Part shown: one piece after another, positions 21,541-31,554 of the stretch
Numbering within the stretch: position 1 is the first letter of the stretch
How the letters are laid out: the number at the start of each line of letters is the position of its first letter
NCBI GenBank assembly: GCA_965195285.1
Contig: CBDAFS010000012.1
Span: forward strand, 32,001-96,000
Length of the DNA stretch: 64,000 nucleotides
Source of the DNA: an uncultured Aminicenantes bacterium
GTDB lineage: Bacteria > Acidobacteriota > Aminicenantia > UBA2199
Reading direction: 5' to 3'
The notes under the pieces: model-generated
What the model was told of the DNA's origin: nothing
Database searches by the model: none
What the model saw: only the letters and a program-made list of their open reading frames with translations
Made by a program: the position numbers and the translations under genes

Positions 21541-21627
21541 ATTATAATATTTGCGGGTAGAATTGTAAAATCCGGCCAGATTCTGCTGCCAGCCCTGCTT
21601 GACACAATACCGGGCATTCAGTATAAT
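21541..21627. promoter_or_regulatory. Divergent sigma70-type promoters
   Basis: Plus: perfect TTGACA-17-TATAAT (21599-21627). Minus: TTTACA-17-TATAAT (21569-21541). Confidence 0.8.
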
Positions 21628-21659
21628 AGGGCTTATCTTTTTCCATACACGGAAATATC

Positions 21660-22940
21660 ATGAAACGCACCATAGTAGTTGCCACCGTTCTATTTATTGC
21701 CCTGTTGATCCTGGTGTATTTTATATTCTTTCATACCGGAAATCAAAACTGGATACTGGATGATATCCAATTCAAGGCCCGGGACGGATTTGTCCTGGAT
21801 GCCTACCTGCTCCGGCCCGAAGTACCCCGGAAAAAATACCCGGCTGTGGCCTGCTTCCATCAGTTATGGGGAAACCGGGATGATTTTTTGAAACTCTTTC
21901 CCAAGCTGGCAGAAGCCGGTATCGTGGTCCTGGCTCCGAATTTTCCCAGGCAGCAGCCCACCTATGACCCCAGAAGGATCTCCGATTTGAGAAATACCCT
22001 TGATTTTCTGGAAAACATTGACTATGTGGATGGGCAAAAACTGGGGATGGTCACGGCCAGTTTTTCGGTTGAGACCGGTATGACTGCCATCAACCAGAAA
22101 CCCAATGTGATTGCCAGCGTGATGATTTCCGGACAGATTCTGCGTGAAAATTCCCGAAAGAGGCTGACCCATAATTCAAATCTGGCCATTTTTAATATTG
22201 CCAGTGTTCATGATGGCTCGCATTATCTGATCATGAAGGAATGCCTGGCCAGAAGCCTGAATCCGTTTTCCCGTTCATTCTTCATCGAAAAAAAGGAGGA
22301 TCCTTTTTCAATTCAGGCTCATGGCACCTTTGTCTTTGATGAAATTCCGGACAGTCTGGACCGGATTCAACAATTTTTCATGGATGTTTTCGGAATTTCC
22401 ATCAAAAATGAAAAATTAATCGATAAGGAGGTTTTGAAAAACACCGTTTATTTATCCTCAACCGACGGATTACCGGTAGTGGCAACCCTGAAGCTTCCCG
22501 AAAGTCCTCACCATCCTATGCCCGTAGTCATTCTGTATCCTCCCCAGTTTGAGAGTCGGATGTACTATGATAAACTGGCCGATCGGCTGGCAGAAAACGG
22601 GATTGCGGTTCTGGCTCCCAATACCAAACGAACTTGCCGTGAGCCGGTCAAGCTTCATCTCTGTGATAAGGAAATTCACGGCGCCCTTCAATATATTTTG
22701 AAAGACGGGCGGTTTGATCCCAGCCGCATTGCCCTGGTTTTTCCCTCATTCTACTTCCTGATTGCCCGGCAAATGATCGAAAACCGGGAAATTCCGGTGA
22801 AGATGGTGGTGATGATGGAGGCCGGCACCAAAAATTACGAAATTAATCCACGCAAAATAGACCATGCCGGTTATTGCTTTTATTACCTGAAAAAGCCCAG
22901 TCTGGGCCGGTTGAAATACATATTATTAAATTCATTATGA
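21660..22940 (+). CDS. Membrane-anchored protein with two tandem alpha/beta-hydrolase-like domains (degenerate active sites)
   Basis: Two repeats of DG..[LV].A.L..P...P.V...LAE.GI.VLAPN; elbows read TASFS and FPSFY instead of GxSxG. Confidence 0.7.
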   Translation: MKRTIVVATVLFIALLILVYFIFFHTGNQNWILDDIQFKARDGFVLDAYLLRPEVPRKKYPAVACFHQLWGNRDDFLKLFPKLAEAGIVVLAPNFPRQQPTYDPRRISDLRNTLDFLENIDYVDGQKLGMVTASFSVETGMTAINQKPNVIASVMISGQILRENSRKRLTHNSNLAIFNIASVHDGSHYLIMKECLARSLNPFSRSFFIEKKEDPFSIQAHGTFVFDEIPDSLDRIQQFFMDVFGISIKNEKLIDKEVLKNTVYLSSTDGLPVVATLKLPESPHHPMPVVILYPPQFESRMYYDKLADRLAENGIAVLAPNTKRTCREPVKLHLCDKEIHGALQYILKDGRFDPSRIALVFPSFYFLIARQMIENREIPVKMVVMMEAGTKNYEINPRKIDHAGYCFYYLKKPSLGRLKYILLNSL

Positions 22941-23722
22941 TGAAAATATTCGGATTGCATCGGGCCTGTATTTTGGGTTTTGTCCTGTTTTTGTTCATTC
23001 TATTTTCAGTTGCGGCGGTTCCCCGATTACCCGGGGGTGATGCTGAACCGGATCCCCGAATCGGAGCTCAGGTGTTTATACGTTCCGGGAATTATTATGT
23101 GGGAAACCCGACCGAAACAAACACTCAGTCCCACCGACTGATGGCATTCAGAGATTTTTATATAGATATCCACCCGGTGACCAATTTTCAATATGTGGAG
23201 TTTATTAACCGGAGCCGTTATCATCCACGGGGAAAGTTCAGCATTGAAGAGGCCCGAAAGAATCCCTGGCTGCCGGCCACCGGCCTGATCCATGCTGATG
23301 CCGAGGCCTTTGCCGATTTCCATCAGAAACGCCTGCCCACGGAATGGGAGTGGGAAATTGCGGCGCGTTCTCTGGAAAAGGATGTGTTGTATGCCATCGG
23401 ATCTCTGCCCACTCTGGAAACCGGTAATTTTTACCGTTATAAACAGAAGAACGGGGTCACTCCGGGTTTTTCCTACCCGCCCAATAAACTGGGAATATAC
23501 GGGATGGCCGGAAATGTGTTTGAATGGACATCCAGTTTATATCCGATCGAGAAACTCAAGGGGGCCTATTTTCAGAAATACCGCCTCATGGTTTTAAGAG
23601 GAGGTGCCTGGACCAATATTCCCCATGATGTGCGAGTGACAACCCGGACACCGTTTCCGGCCAGCAGAAGTCTGGAATGGCTGGGATTCAGGTGTGTTTC
23701 TGAGAAACCGGTCCAGCATTGA
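22937..23722 (+). CDS. FGE-sulfatase (SUMF1/EgtB/PvdO) domain protein, exported
   Basis: PVTNFQY, RLPTEWEWE.AAR, PN..G.Y.M.GNV.EW, RGGAW, GFRCV. ATG overlaps the upstream TGA. Confidence 0.87.
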   Translation: MMKIFGLHRACILGFVLFLFILFSVAAVPRLPGGDAEPDPRIGAQVFIRSGNYYVGNPTETNTQSHRLMAFRDFYIDIHPVTNFQYVEFINRSRYHPRGKFSIEEARKNPWLPATGLIHADAEAFADFHQKRLPTEWEWEIAARSLEKDVLYAIGSLPTLETGNFYRYKQKNGVTPGFSYPPNKLGIYGMAGNVFEWTSSLYPIEKLKGAYFQKYRLMVLRGGAWTNIPHDVRVTTRTPFPASRSLEWLGFRCVSEKPVQH

Positions 23723-26211
23723 CAACAATGAAAAAGAACCTGGTTCAAATCATTTTGATAACTCTCATTATTTTGTTTTCATTTGGATTGCGAATTTATT
23801 CGCCCACAGCAGACTTGCCCCCTGATATTTCATTCAGCGGTAGTATCTATACCGATGAAGGCAACCAATGTCACAATTCCAGAAGCAAGGTCCTCTTTGA
23901 TGATTGGTCTCCGGATGACTGGCGTATCAGCAATTACAGCCCGGTTGTTCCGTTCATGAAGTACCTGATTTTTAAAATATTCGGGGTGGGATTGGTTCAG
24001 GAGAGGCTGGTATCCTATATTTTTGCCTTCTTCTCTTTGCTGTTGTTTTACCTGATTCTGAAATCTTATTTCAGTTTTTCCTTTACCCTTCTGGGAACAG
24101 TAGTCATGGGGCTCAATTTCTTTATGGTGATGTATAACCGAATCGGCACTTTTGAAACCCCCATGATGTTCTGGATGATTCTCAGCCTTTATTTTGTCGA
24201 AAAATTCCGGTCCAGTGAAAATCCGCTCTACCTTTCACTTTCTGCTGCCTCTGCTTTTCTGAGCTTTGTGTTTAAAAATATCGCCGCGTATTTTGTTCCG
24301 GTTCCCCTGGCAGCGGTGATCATCTGGTTTTTACTATTTAAAACACCGGGAAAGGAATCCTGGAAGAAAGGTGTCAGGCTTTTTGGTTTTGCCTTTCTGG
24401 GAGCGGCTATTGCCATAGGACTATGGGTTGTCCTTTTTTATATTCCCAACCGGGAATGGATTCTGAGTGTGCCGGGCCAGTATATTTCCAACCAGGTGTT
24501 GCCCAAAACCCTGGATCAGGCCATTCATAATTTTTACGGGTTCAACTGGAAGGAACAGTTTTACAAAATTCCGGTGGTATGGCTGTTGTCACTTTTATCC
24601 GTTCCCTATTTAATCAGAAAAGTGGTGCAGAGAAAAATTGATATAACCGGGATCGGGTTCGGAATGTTGTTTTTCTTACATACCCTGTTTTTCATGTTCA
24701 TGAATCACCGGCCTACCCGGTATTTGATCCCGGTGATCCCGGCCATGATCTTCATGTCTGTTTTGTTTTTGAAGGCCATAACCCGTTTGCCCGGTAGCAG
24801 GCGGTTTGAATATTCATTTTTTCAGAAAGCGGTTATTTTCATATCCGATACCCTCTGGCTGGGACTGGCTGCCAATTTCTGTTTTTTCCCCCTCTGGGAC
24901 CGTTACCTGAAATCCATTCAAATTCCGCCTCTCTCCATCCGTTATGTTGTTTTTTCGGCCTTATTGATCGGATTGCTGATTTTTTTGAAAAAACTCTATA
25001 TTCGATTTATGGCCGGGCGGATCCGTTTGAATTTTAAACCGGTTTCATGGCTGCTGATCATTTTGCTGACAGGCATATCCCTGGCCAGCAATCTGTCCAA
25101 TTACCTGAAATGGAATAGGGACAAGACCCATACGGTCTATCAAATATCTCATGAACTGGGAGAAAAGCTGGATAATGCATATATCGCCGGGTTGACCGCA
25201 CCGGTGGCGGTGCTTGAAAACACCCATCGGTCTCTGTTTTTGTATCCCGATTTTGTAAACTGGGATCAGAAGACATTTGAGCGGTATCCCCTGACTCATG
25301 CCTTACTGGCCAGTTTCAATCAGGAAATAAGCCATTTTTTCAGGCAATGGCCGGAAAGAATGAATCAGGCCCGGCTCCTGAAGGTCTACAATGTGAAAGA
25401 CCAATTCTTGCACTTGTATTCTTTTGTAGATCCATTCATTGTTCAGGCCAGGGAAATCCGGGGTCGGGGAATAGAACTGAGAATTCTGAATCCTTCCGAT
25501 GGCCCGGTGAAAGTCGGCATCGGAAAGATTTTCTTTTTCAATAATGCGGGTGAACGGATCGGGCCTGAGAGTCATTTTATTGAAGAGGCAAATGAGATGG
25601 TTGTATTAAATTCCGGTGAAAATGAGCTGGTTCTGGAAGATGCATTTTCAGATCAGCCAAATCCGGTATCCGTTCTTTTATTTCTGGACCTGAAGGGGTG
25701 GAAGATAAACCACCGCTACGAGGCAGAAAAGTTTCCCGGTAAAGTCGGGGAAAACATCAGAAATGTCCGGGCCTCCGGAGGTTTTACCCGGGGTTTCTTT
25801 CAGAAAAAACACCGGGCCGGCTTTCTGAGTTTCGGCCCCTTCATACCCTATTCGAAAGGCTTTTTAAAGGTTGATTTTTATTTGCAGTGTCGCCGGGTGA
25901 GGTCAAGAATCCGGCCGCTGGCCGAACTGGATATCTTTTCCTACAGTGATAAGCAGTCCCTGGATAAACGGGTATTGAAGCCCAGGGATATCCGGGATGA
26001 TGGTTTTAACCATTACCCGTTAACCGTCGCCCTTTCCGATCGGCATTTTCTGGAATTCCGGGTTTATGCCGAAAGGTTTGCAGATATTGATTTAGACTAT
26101 GTTAACGTGGTATATTATCAGGGGTATTTACTGAATATTAACCATAACAAGGGAAGTTCATTGTTGGCCAAGAGCACCCTTCAAGGAGGAATCTTCGGTG
26201 AAACAAGGTGA
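23719..26211 (+). CDS. GT-C-fold (GT39/PMT_2-like) glycosyltransferase with C-terminal CBM-like domain
   Basis: TDEG motif after TM1, FETP, FK, PTRY; about 13 TM helices; C-terminal RYEAE...FGPF beta-sandwich. Start may be ATG 23728. Confidence 0.8.
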   Translation: MTTMKKNLVQIILITLIILFSFGLRIYSPTADLPPDISFSGSIYTDEGNQCHNSRSKVLFDDWSPDDWRISNYSPVVPFMKYLIFKIFGVGLVQERLVSYIFAFFSLLLFYLILKSYFSFSFTLLGTVVMGLNFFMVMYNRIGTFETPMMFWMILSLYFVEKFRSSENPLYLSLSAASAFLSFVFKNIAAYFVPVPLAAVIIWFLLFKTPGKESWKKGVRLFGFAFLGAAIAIGLWVVLFYIPNREWILSVPGQYISNQVLPKTLDQAIHNFYGFNWKEQFYKIPVVWLLSLLSVPYLIRKVVQRKIDITGIGFGMLFFLHTLFFMFMNHRPTRYLIPVIPAMIFMSVLFLKAITRLPGSRRFEYSFFQKAVIFISDTLWLGLAANFCFFPLWDRYLKSIQIPPLSIRYVVFSALLIGLLIFLKKLYIRFMAGRIRLNFKPVSWLLIILLTGISLASNLSNYLKWNRDKTHTVYQISHELGEKLDNAYIAGLTAPVAVLENTHRSLFLYPDFVNWDQKTFERYPLTHALLASFNQEISHFFRQWPERMNQARLLKVYNVKDQFLHLYSFVDPFIVQAREIRGRGIELRILNPSDGPVKVGIGKIFFFNNAGERIGPESHFIEEANEMVVLNSGENELVLEDAFSDQPNPVSVLLFLDLKGWKINHRYEAEKFPGKVGENIRNVRASGGFTRGFFQKKHRAGFLSFGPFIPYSKGFLKVDFYLQCRRVRSRIRPLAELDIFSYSDKQSLDKRVLKPRDIRDDGFNHYPLTVALSDRHFLEFRVYAERFADIDLDYVNVVYYQGYLLNINHNKGSSLLAKSTLQGGIFGETR

Positions 26212-26935
26212 TCAAAAAAAGGTTTTAACCGATGTGCTGTTACCGGTATATAATGAGGAACATATACTGGAAAAAAGTGTGAACCGGTTGCGGGAATTTC
26301 TGTCCGCTGAATGCAAGCATTTAAACTGGATCATTTCAATAGGGGACAATGCCTCCACTGATAAAACTCTGGAGATTGCCAGAAAATTGGAAAAACAATT
26401 TTCTGATGTCCGGGTATTTCACCTCCCCCGGAAGGGTCGGGGCCGGATGGTTAAACATGCCTGGACCAGAAGCGAGGCGGATGTTTTGTCCTATATGGAT
26501 ATTGACCTGTCAACCGATCTGAAGGCATTTCCTCCCATGATCCAGGCCATTATAGATGGCTATGACATAGCCATCGGCTCACGGCAGTATAAGGGGGCGG
26601 ATGTGGATCGAAGCCTGCGTCGGGAAATCATATCCCGGGGGTATATCTGGGTATTGAAGCTTTTACTGCGTTTTCCCTTTACCGATGCCCAGTGCGGCTT
26701 TAAAGCCATCTCCAAACAGACTGTGTCAGAGTTGTTCTCCCATATTAAAGATGATGAGTGGTTTTTTGATACGGAACTGTTGCATATTGCCCACCAGGAA
26801 GGATACAAGGTAAAAGAAATTCCGGTTCGCTGGATCGAGGACCGGGATTCACGGGTTAAAATAATGAGGACTGCCTGGCTGGATATTCTGGGGGTTCTGC
26901 GTATGATAGGATATCGAAGGGGATCTTTGAAATGA
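26198..26935 (+). CDS. GT2 polyprenyl/dolichyl-phosphate glycosyltransferase
   Basis: LPVYNEE, DNASTD, MDIDLS, DAQCGFKA, WFFDTE, EIPVRW; GTG start with AGGAGG. Confidence 0.92.
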   Translation: MKQGDQKKVLTDVLLPVYNEEHILEKSVNRLREFLSAECKHLNWIISIGDNASTDKTLEIARKLEKQFSDVRVFHLPRKGRGRMVKHAWTRSEADVLSYMDIDLSTDLKAFPPMIQAIIDGYDIAIGSRQYKGADVDRSLRREIISRGYIWVLKLLLRFPFTDAQCGFKAISKQTVSELFSHIKDDEWFFDTELLHIAHQEGYKVKEIPVRWIEDRDSRVKIMRTAWLDILGVLRMIGYRRGSLK

Positions 26936-28302
26936 AAAAATCCATATTGATAACCGGCATCACCGGATTCGTGGGCCGCCATCTGCTCGAAAAAATGGAT
27001 TTGTCATCTTATCAGACGGTTTTTGGTTTGAGCCGGGAACCGGAAAAAATTTGTTTCCCGGATAAAGTTCCCAAAAATCTGAAAATGATCCGGGGGGATC
27101 TATTGCATCCCGAGTGCTACCGGTCGATCTTAAACCAGGTGGATACGGTGGTGCATCTGGCAGCGATAACTGGCAAGGCAGGCCGGGCTGAGTATCGAAG
27201 GGTAAATGTCCGGGCCACCCGGGAATTACTGGAAGCCTGCCAGGATTCGGGAGTGAAACATTTCTTATTGGTGAGCTCCATTGCCGTAAAATTCAAACGC
27301 CAACAGCGCTATTTTTATGCCCGTTCCAAACAGCAGGCTGAAGGTGAGGTCAAAAAGAGCGGGCTCAATTATACGATTCTGAGACCTACCATTATCCTGG
27401 GGGCCGGCTCCCCGGTTTTCAGCGGCTTTGCCCGGTTTGCCGGTTTACCGCTGGTTCCGGTATTCGGTAAAGGGGCTGTACAGATTCAACCGGTACATGT
27501 GGCTGATGTGGCCGAGGTGATCCGGGATATACTGAATAAGTCGCTCTTCAAGGGGGACACTATTGAACTGGGGGGGAACCAGACAGTTACTATCAAGGAT
27601 TTCATGAAATTGCTGTCCTCCCGCTGCCAGACCGGCCCGGCCCGCTTCCTGCATGTTCCTCTGGGCCCTATGGTTTTTTTCCTGTTTCTGGCAGAACCCC
27701 TGCTGTACCCGATCCTGCCCTTTACTATGGGGCAGCTGGCCACTTTTCGCAATGATGGGATTGCTGATCCCCATGACGCGGTTGGCAGATTGTCTTCCGG
27801 GTTCCTGGGAATCGAGCGGATGATCGATGACAGTTTTCAGGCTCAGAAGGTTGAACTCCGGAAAAAGGATCTGGAAAAAGAATGCCGGGTTTTCTGTCAA
27901 TACCTGCTCGGGCAAAAGCCCGGTCCCTATGTGATGAAAAAATATTTGGATGTCCATCAAAAAATCGACATGAAGGCCAAAAACAAATTCGATCGGATAT
28001 TGGCCCGCCTGGGGGCCAGGAACCGGATTCTGGTCCGGGCCTGTGATTCGTATTCCCGTTTTTTCTATCCTTGCTCCCTGCTTCGAAAGAAGTTGGTTTA
28101 TCTGTTGGCGATTCTGGAAACCGCCTCTCCCCACGCCCAGATTATCGATCGATCGGATAACCAGGGAAAATTCATGTTGTTGTTTATCATGGGATTGAAG
28201 GGAATGGGGCTTGTCTTTTTTCTGATTGTATCGTTTCCGATTTTATTTCCCCTTCAGGTTGTCCTAAAATCCAAACAGACGGGGGAATTGAACCATGGTT
28301 AA
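26932..28302 (+). CDS. NAD(P)-dependent epimerase/dehydratase (SDR) with C-terminal extension and TM
   Basis: ITGITGFVG, VHLAA, YARSK (YxxxK), LRP; extra about 150-aa C-terminal domain. Confidence 0.85.
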   Translation: MKKSILITGITGFVGRHLLEKMDLSSYQTVFGLSREPEKICFPDKVPKNLKMIRGDLLHPECYRSILNQVDTVVHLAAITGKAGRAEYRRVNVRATRELLEACQDSGVKHFLLVSSIAVKFKRQQRYFYARSKQQAEGEVKKSGLNYTILRPTIILGAGSPVFSGFARFAGLPLVPVFGKGAVQIQPVHVADVAEVIRDILNKSLFKGDTIELGGNQTVTIKDFMKLLSSRCQTGPARFLHVPLGPMVFFLFLAEPLLYPILPFTMGQLATFRNDGIADPHDAVGRLSSGFLGIERMIDDSFQAQKVELRKKDLEKECRVFCQYLLGQKPGPYVMKKYLDVHQKIDMKAKNKFDRILARLGARNRILVRACDSYSRFFYPCSLLRKKLVYLLAILETASPHAQIIDRSDNQGKFMLLFIMGLKGMGLVFFLIVSFPILFPLQVVLKSKQTGELNHG

Positions 28303-29911
28303 AATAACGGTTGTGGGTTCCGGGGCCAGTGGTGTCCATTTTGCGCTTTCCGCCCTTAAAAAGGGACATCAGGTTGAAATGCTGGATGTGGGGTATTCAG
28401 CTCCCCCCAATGTGAACCCGGAGTTTTCTTTCATTGATATCAAATCCAAACTGGAGGACCCGGTTGCCTATTTTTTAGGTGAAAACTATGAGACCGTAGT
28501 TTCCCCCGATTTTGACAATGAGATCTACGAATTCCCTCCCAATAAGATGTATATATTTAAAGTCCCCCCGGGTTTCAAATCCGACAGCAGGGATTTTGAT
28601 CCGCTGTTTTCTTTTGCCCGGGGCGGGCTGGCCGAGGCCTGGACCGGGGGAAGCTATCCATTTAATGATCAAGATCTGGCCCTCTTTCCCTTTGACTATG
28701 AAACCCTGAAGCCCTATTACGAGGAGATTGCCGAGCGGATTGGTCTGATTGGAGACAGGGATGATATTTCCCGTTTTTTTCCTTGGCATGAGAACCTTCT
28801 CCCTCCCCTGGAACTGGATGAGAATTCAAAAATAATTCTGGAAAAATACCAAAAACGGAGAGAACTACTCAACCGGAAAATGGGTTTTTATTTGGGCAGG
28901 TCCAGGATTGCCACCCTGAGCGTTGATAAGGGGGATCGCAAGGCCTGTGACTATTCGGGAAGGTGTCTCTGGGGATGTCCCAGTGATTCCCTGTATGTTC
29001 CCTCATTGACCCTGGCCGATTGCCAGAAATACGAACATTTCAGCTATAAACCCGGTGTGCTGGTCGAACATTTTAAGGTCAATTCCCGGAAGCGGATCAC
29101 ACACCTGGTTTTCCAGGATCTGGCCCTTCAGAAAAGAGGGGAAATAAAAGTGGATAACCTGGTGTTGGCCGCCGGCACCCTCTCATCATCAAAAATTTTC
29201 CTGGATTCCGTTTACCGGCAAACCGGAAAAATACTGAAACTGGAAGGTCTGATGGACAACCGTCAAATCCTGGTTCCTTTTTTGAACCTCAGTTTAATGG
29301 GAAAATCATATAACCCGGAGTCCTATGTGTATCACCAACTGGCCGTGGGTTTCGAGTGTGAAAAGACTTCCAATTACATTCACGGTCAGATCACCACCCT
29401 GAAAACGGCCTTGATTCACCCGGTGACCCTGCAGATGCCGCTGGACTTTAAAACGGCAACCTACCTGACCCGGAATCTGCATTCGGCACTGGGGGTCATC
29501 AACCTGAATTTCTGCGATACCCGGCGAGCGGATAACCAGCTCACCATTGAGCCGGATTCAACCGGCAAGCAAGACCAGACTACCCTGAAAATTACCTATC
29601 AATCGATTCCCGACGAAAAAACCATCATTTCTTCAGCCACCAAGCGAGTGATGAAATTCCTGAGAAAACTGGGGTCGATTGCACCACCCATGATGATCCA
29701 ATCCCGGCCCATGGGGGCCAGTGTTCACTATTCGGGGACCCTGCCTATGAGCACTACCGATGAACCACTGGGTGTCACACCGGATTGCCGGAGCCGGGAT
29801 TTTGATAACCTGTTCTTTGTTGACGGAACCGTTTTTCCGTTTTTACCGGCAAAGAACCTGACCTTTACCATGATGGCCAATGCGGCCCGAGTTGCAGATA
29901 AAGTCTTTTAA
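28295..29911 (+). CDS. GMC-family FAD oxidoreductase
   Basis: VVGSGASG, C...G.C..GCP, LAAGTL, HYSGT.PM, NLFFVDG, NLTFTMMANA.R. Confidence 0.88.
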   Translation: MVKITVVGSGASGVHFALSALKKGHQVEMLDVGYSAPPNVNPEFSFIDIKSKLEDPVAYFLGENYETVVSPDFDNEIYEFPPNKMYIFKVPPGFKSDSRDFDPLFSFARGGLAEAWTGGSYPFNDQDLALFPFDYETLKPYYEEIAERIGLIGDRDDISRFFPWHENLLPPLELDENSKIILEKYQKRRELLNRKMGFYLGRSRIATLSVDKGDRKACDYSGRCLWGCPSDSLYVPSLTLADCQKYEHFSYKPGVLVEHFKVNSRKRITHLVFQDLALQKRGEIKVDNLVLAAGTLSSSKIFLDSVYRQTGKILKLEGLMDNRQILVPFLNLSLMGKSYNPESYVYHQLAVGFECEKTSNYIHGQITTLKTALIHPVTLQMPLDFKTATYLTRNLHSALGVINLNFCDTRRADNQLTIEPDSTGKQDQTTLKITYQSIPDEKTIISSATKRVMKFLRKLGSIAPPMMIQSRPMGASVHYSGTLPMSTTDEPLGVTPDCRSRDFDNLFFVDGTVFPFLPAKNLTFTMMANAARVADKVF

Positions 29912-29925
29912 TGAACGAGGAGAAT

Positions 29926-31518
29926 ATGAAGAAAATACTTTTTGGTTTACTGGCTCTCTTTCTGGTACTGAACCTGTTTCCGGAAATTGACAAAAAAAAC
30001 AATCAGAAAAAAACGTTAACATTTGAAAAAGCAGTGGCCTGCCGGGCAGTTCTTGAAATCAGGTCACTGGTCAGCGGATCTGTTTCCGAGGTGCTGGCCG
30101 CCAAGGGGGACCGAGTCACAACCGGCCAAATATTACTCCAGTTTGATGTCTCGGGGCTGGATGAGGAAATCCGGACAGCAGAGCAGAGTCTGGAAATATG
30201 GGAAAAAACACTCTTCAATCGTGAACATTGGAAGGTTCGCAGCCAGCCAGCCGAAAACCAGGCCAAAAGAAAAATAGAGGAGTTTAAAACCGATATTAAA
30301 AAGAAAAAACAGCAGAAATCCCGGCAGCGGATCCATTCGCTGATTGAGGGAAGCGTATTGGATATTGTTGATGAAAAAATGCCGGTGGAAGAGGACCAGG
30401 TAGTGGCCCGGATCGGGGATGATTCGGTGCTCAAAATTGAATTAACCCCGAATGACTCCAACCGGAATGTTCTGGCAGAAATTCAGGATGGAGAAAAAAT
30501 ATCTCTGACCTTTAAGAAAGTCAACCTGGCCTGTTCCGGGGAGATCAAAAAAGTGAATGATCGAATGGTCATTCTTATTCCCAATGACAAATACCTGCTG
30601 AAACCGGGAATGATGGCCAAATTCCAGTTCACTTATGATATCCAACCGGAGATCCAAAAGGTACTGAAACAACCCCAGGTCCGGCCGAAAGATCTTCAGT
30701 ATATAAAAGAGAAAAAGATCGGATTTGAAATTTCAGCCGGGATGTCATGGTCGGATCCCGGCGAATATTACGACCGGGCTTCAGGGATTGACAACCTGAT
30801 GGATCAGTACATCCAAAACTACGGCCTGGAATATACGATCAGCGGTAAATTCGGAAAGAATATTATTTATTTTCCGGTCAATGTCCTGGTCAATTACCGG
30901 ATTTCGGAAAAATGGTATCTGAAAGCCGGCCTTGAGTTCGGTTATGGCAATCAATCCAGCCAGAAAACCTACCATTTAAACTGGACCACCACAACCGAGG
31001 ATCACCGTTACAATCTCTCTTCAAAATTAACCTATTTCATGCCCTTTGTGGGAGCGGAAAGACGGTTCGGAAAATTTGGTGTTTATGCAAATGTGGGATT
31101 GAATTTGCTCAGCTTATCCCACCAGAAAAATCTGGAAATATCAGAATCCACTTACTGGTACAGGCAGGATGAAGACATCTCGGCCACTGGCACCGGTATC
31201 GGAATACTGGTGGGAGGAAAATACAATTTTCTCATTGGTAAAAAAACGAACCTGATTCTAAAGCTGGAATTATGTTATTTGAAAGTGAGCAACCTGTCCG
31301 GGAGCCGGGACGCCTCTATTACAAACTCGCTCGGAGAATCCCTGTCTGAATCCATTCAGGGGACCATTTACAGTTTTGAGATAAATCCCTATGACCTGGG
31401 CTGGTTTTATACCTGGGAAATGTTTGGTTCGGTTCCCGGTGAGTCCTGGATTCGAAATGTGAGCGAGATGGCCATCAATATGTCCAGTATTCGGCTGATG
31501 CTGGGAATTAAATTTTAG
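29926..31518 (+). CDS. Fusion: HlyD/RND periplasmic adaptor (MFP) plus C-terminal outer-membrane beta-barrel
   Basis: Signal peptide; lipoyl half IRSLVSGSVSEVLAAKGDRV..GQIL, coiled coil, second lipoyl half, LKPGM; amphipathic strands ending IRLMLGIKF. Start follows GAGGAG. Confidence 0.75.
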   Translation: MKKILFGLLALFLVLNLFPEIDKKNNQKKTLTFEKAVACRAVLEIRSLVSGSVSEVLAAKGDRVTTGQILLQFDVSGLDEEIRTAEQSLEIWEKTLFNREHWKVRSQPAENQAKRKIEEFKTDIKKKKQQKSRQRIHSLIEGSVLDIVDEKMPVEEDQVVARIGDDSVLKIELTPNDSNRNVLAEIQDGEKISLTFKKVNLACSGEIKKVNDRMVILIPNDKYLLKPGMMAKFQFTYDIQPEIQKVLKQPQVRPKDLQYIKEKKIGFEISAGMSWSDPGEYYDRASGIDNLMDQYIQNYGLEYTISGKFGKNIIYFPVNVLVNYRISEKWYLKAGLEFGYGNQSSQKTYHLNWTTTTEDHRYNLSSKLTYFMPFVGAERRFGKFGVYANVGLNLLSLSHQKNLEISESTYWYRQDEDISATGTGIGILVGGKYNFLIGKKTNLILKLELCYLKVSNLSGSRDASITNSLGESLSESIQGTIYSFEINPYDLGWFYTWEMFGSVPGESWIRNVSEMAINMSSIRLMLGIKF

Positions 31519-31554
31519 AGGCGAGTATATTCTGTACTGAAATGGAAGTATGAA

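Noticed and set aside
10785-23722. Classical sulfatase plus FGE maturation system
   Set aside because: No [CS]xPxR motif in any sulfatase-like protein and no catalytic Cys in the FGE-like protein.
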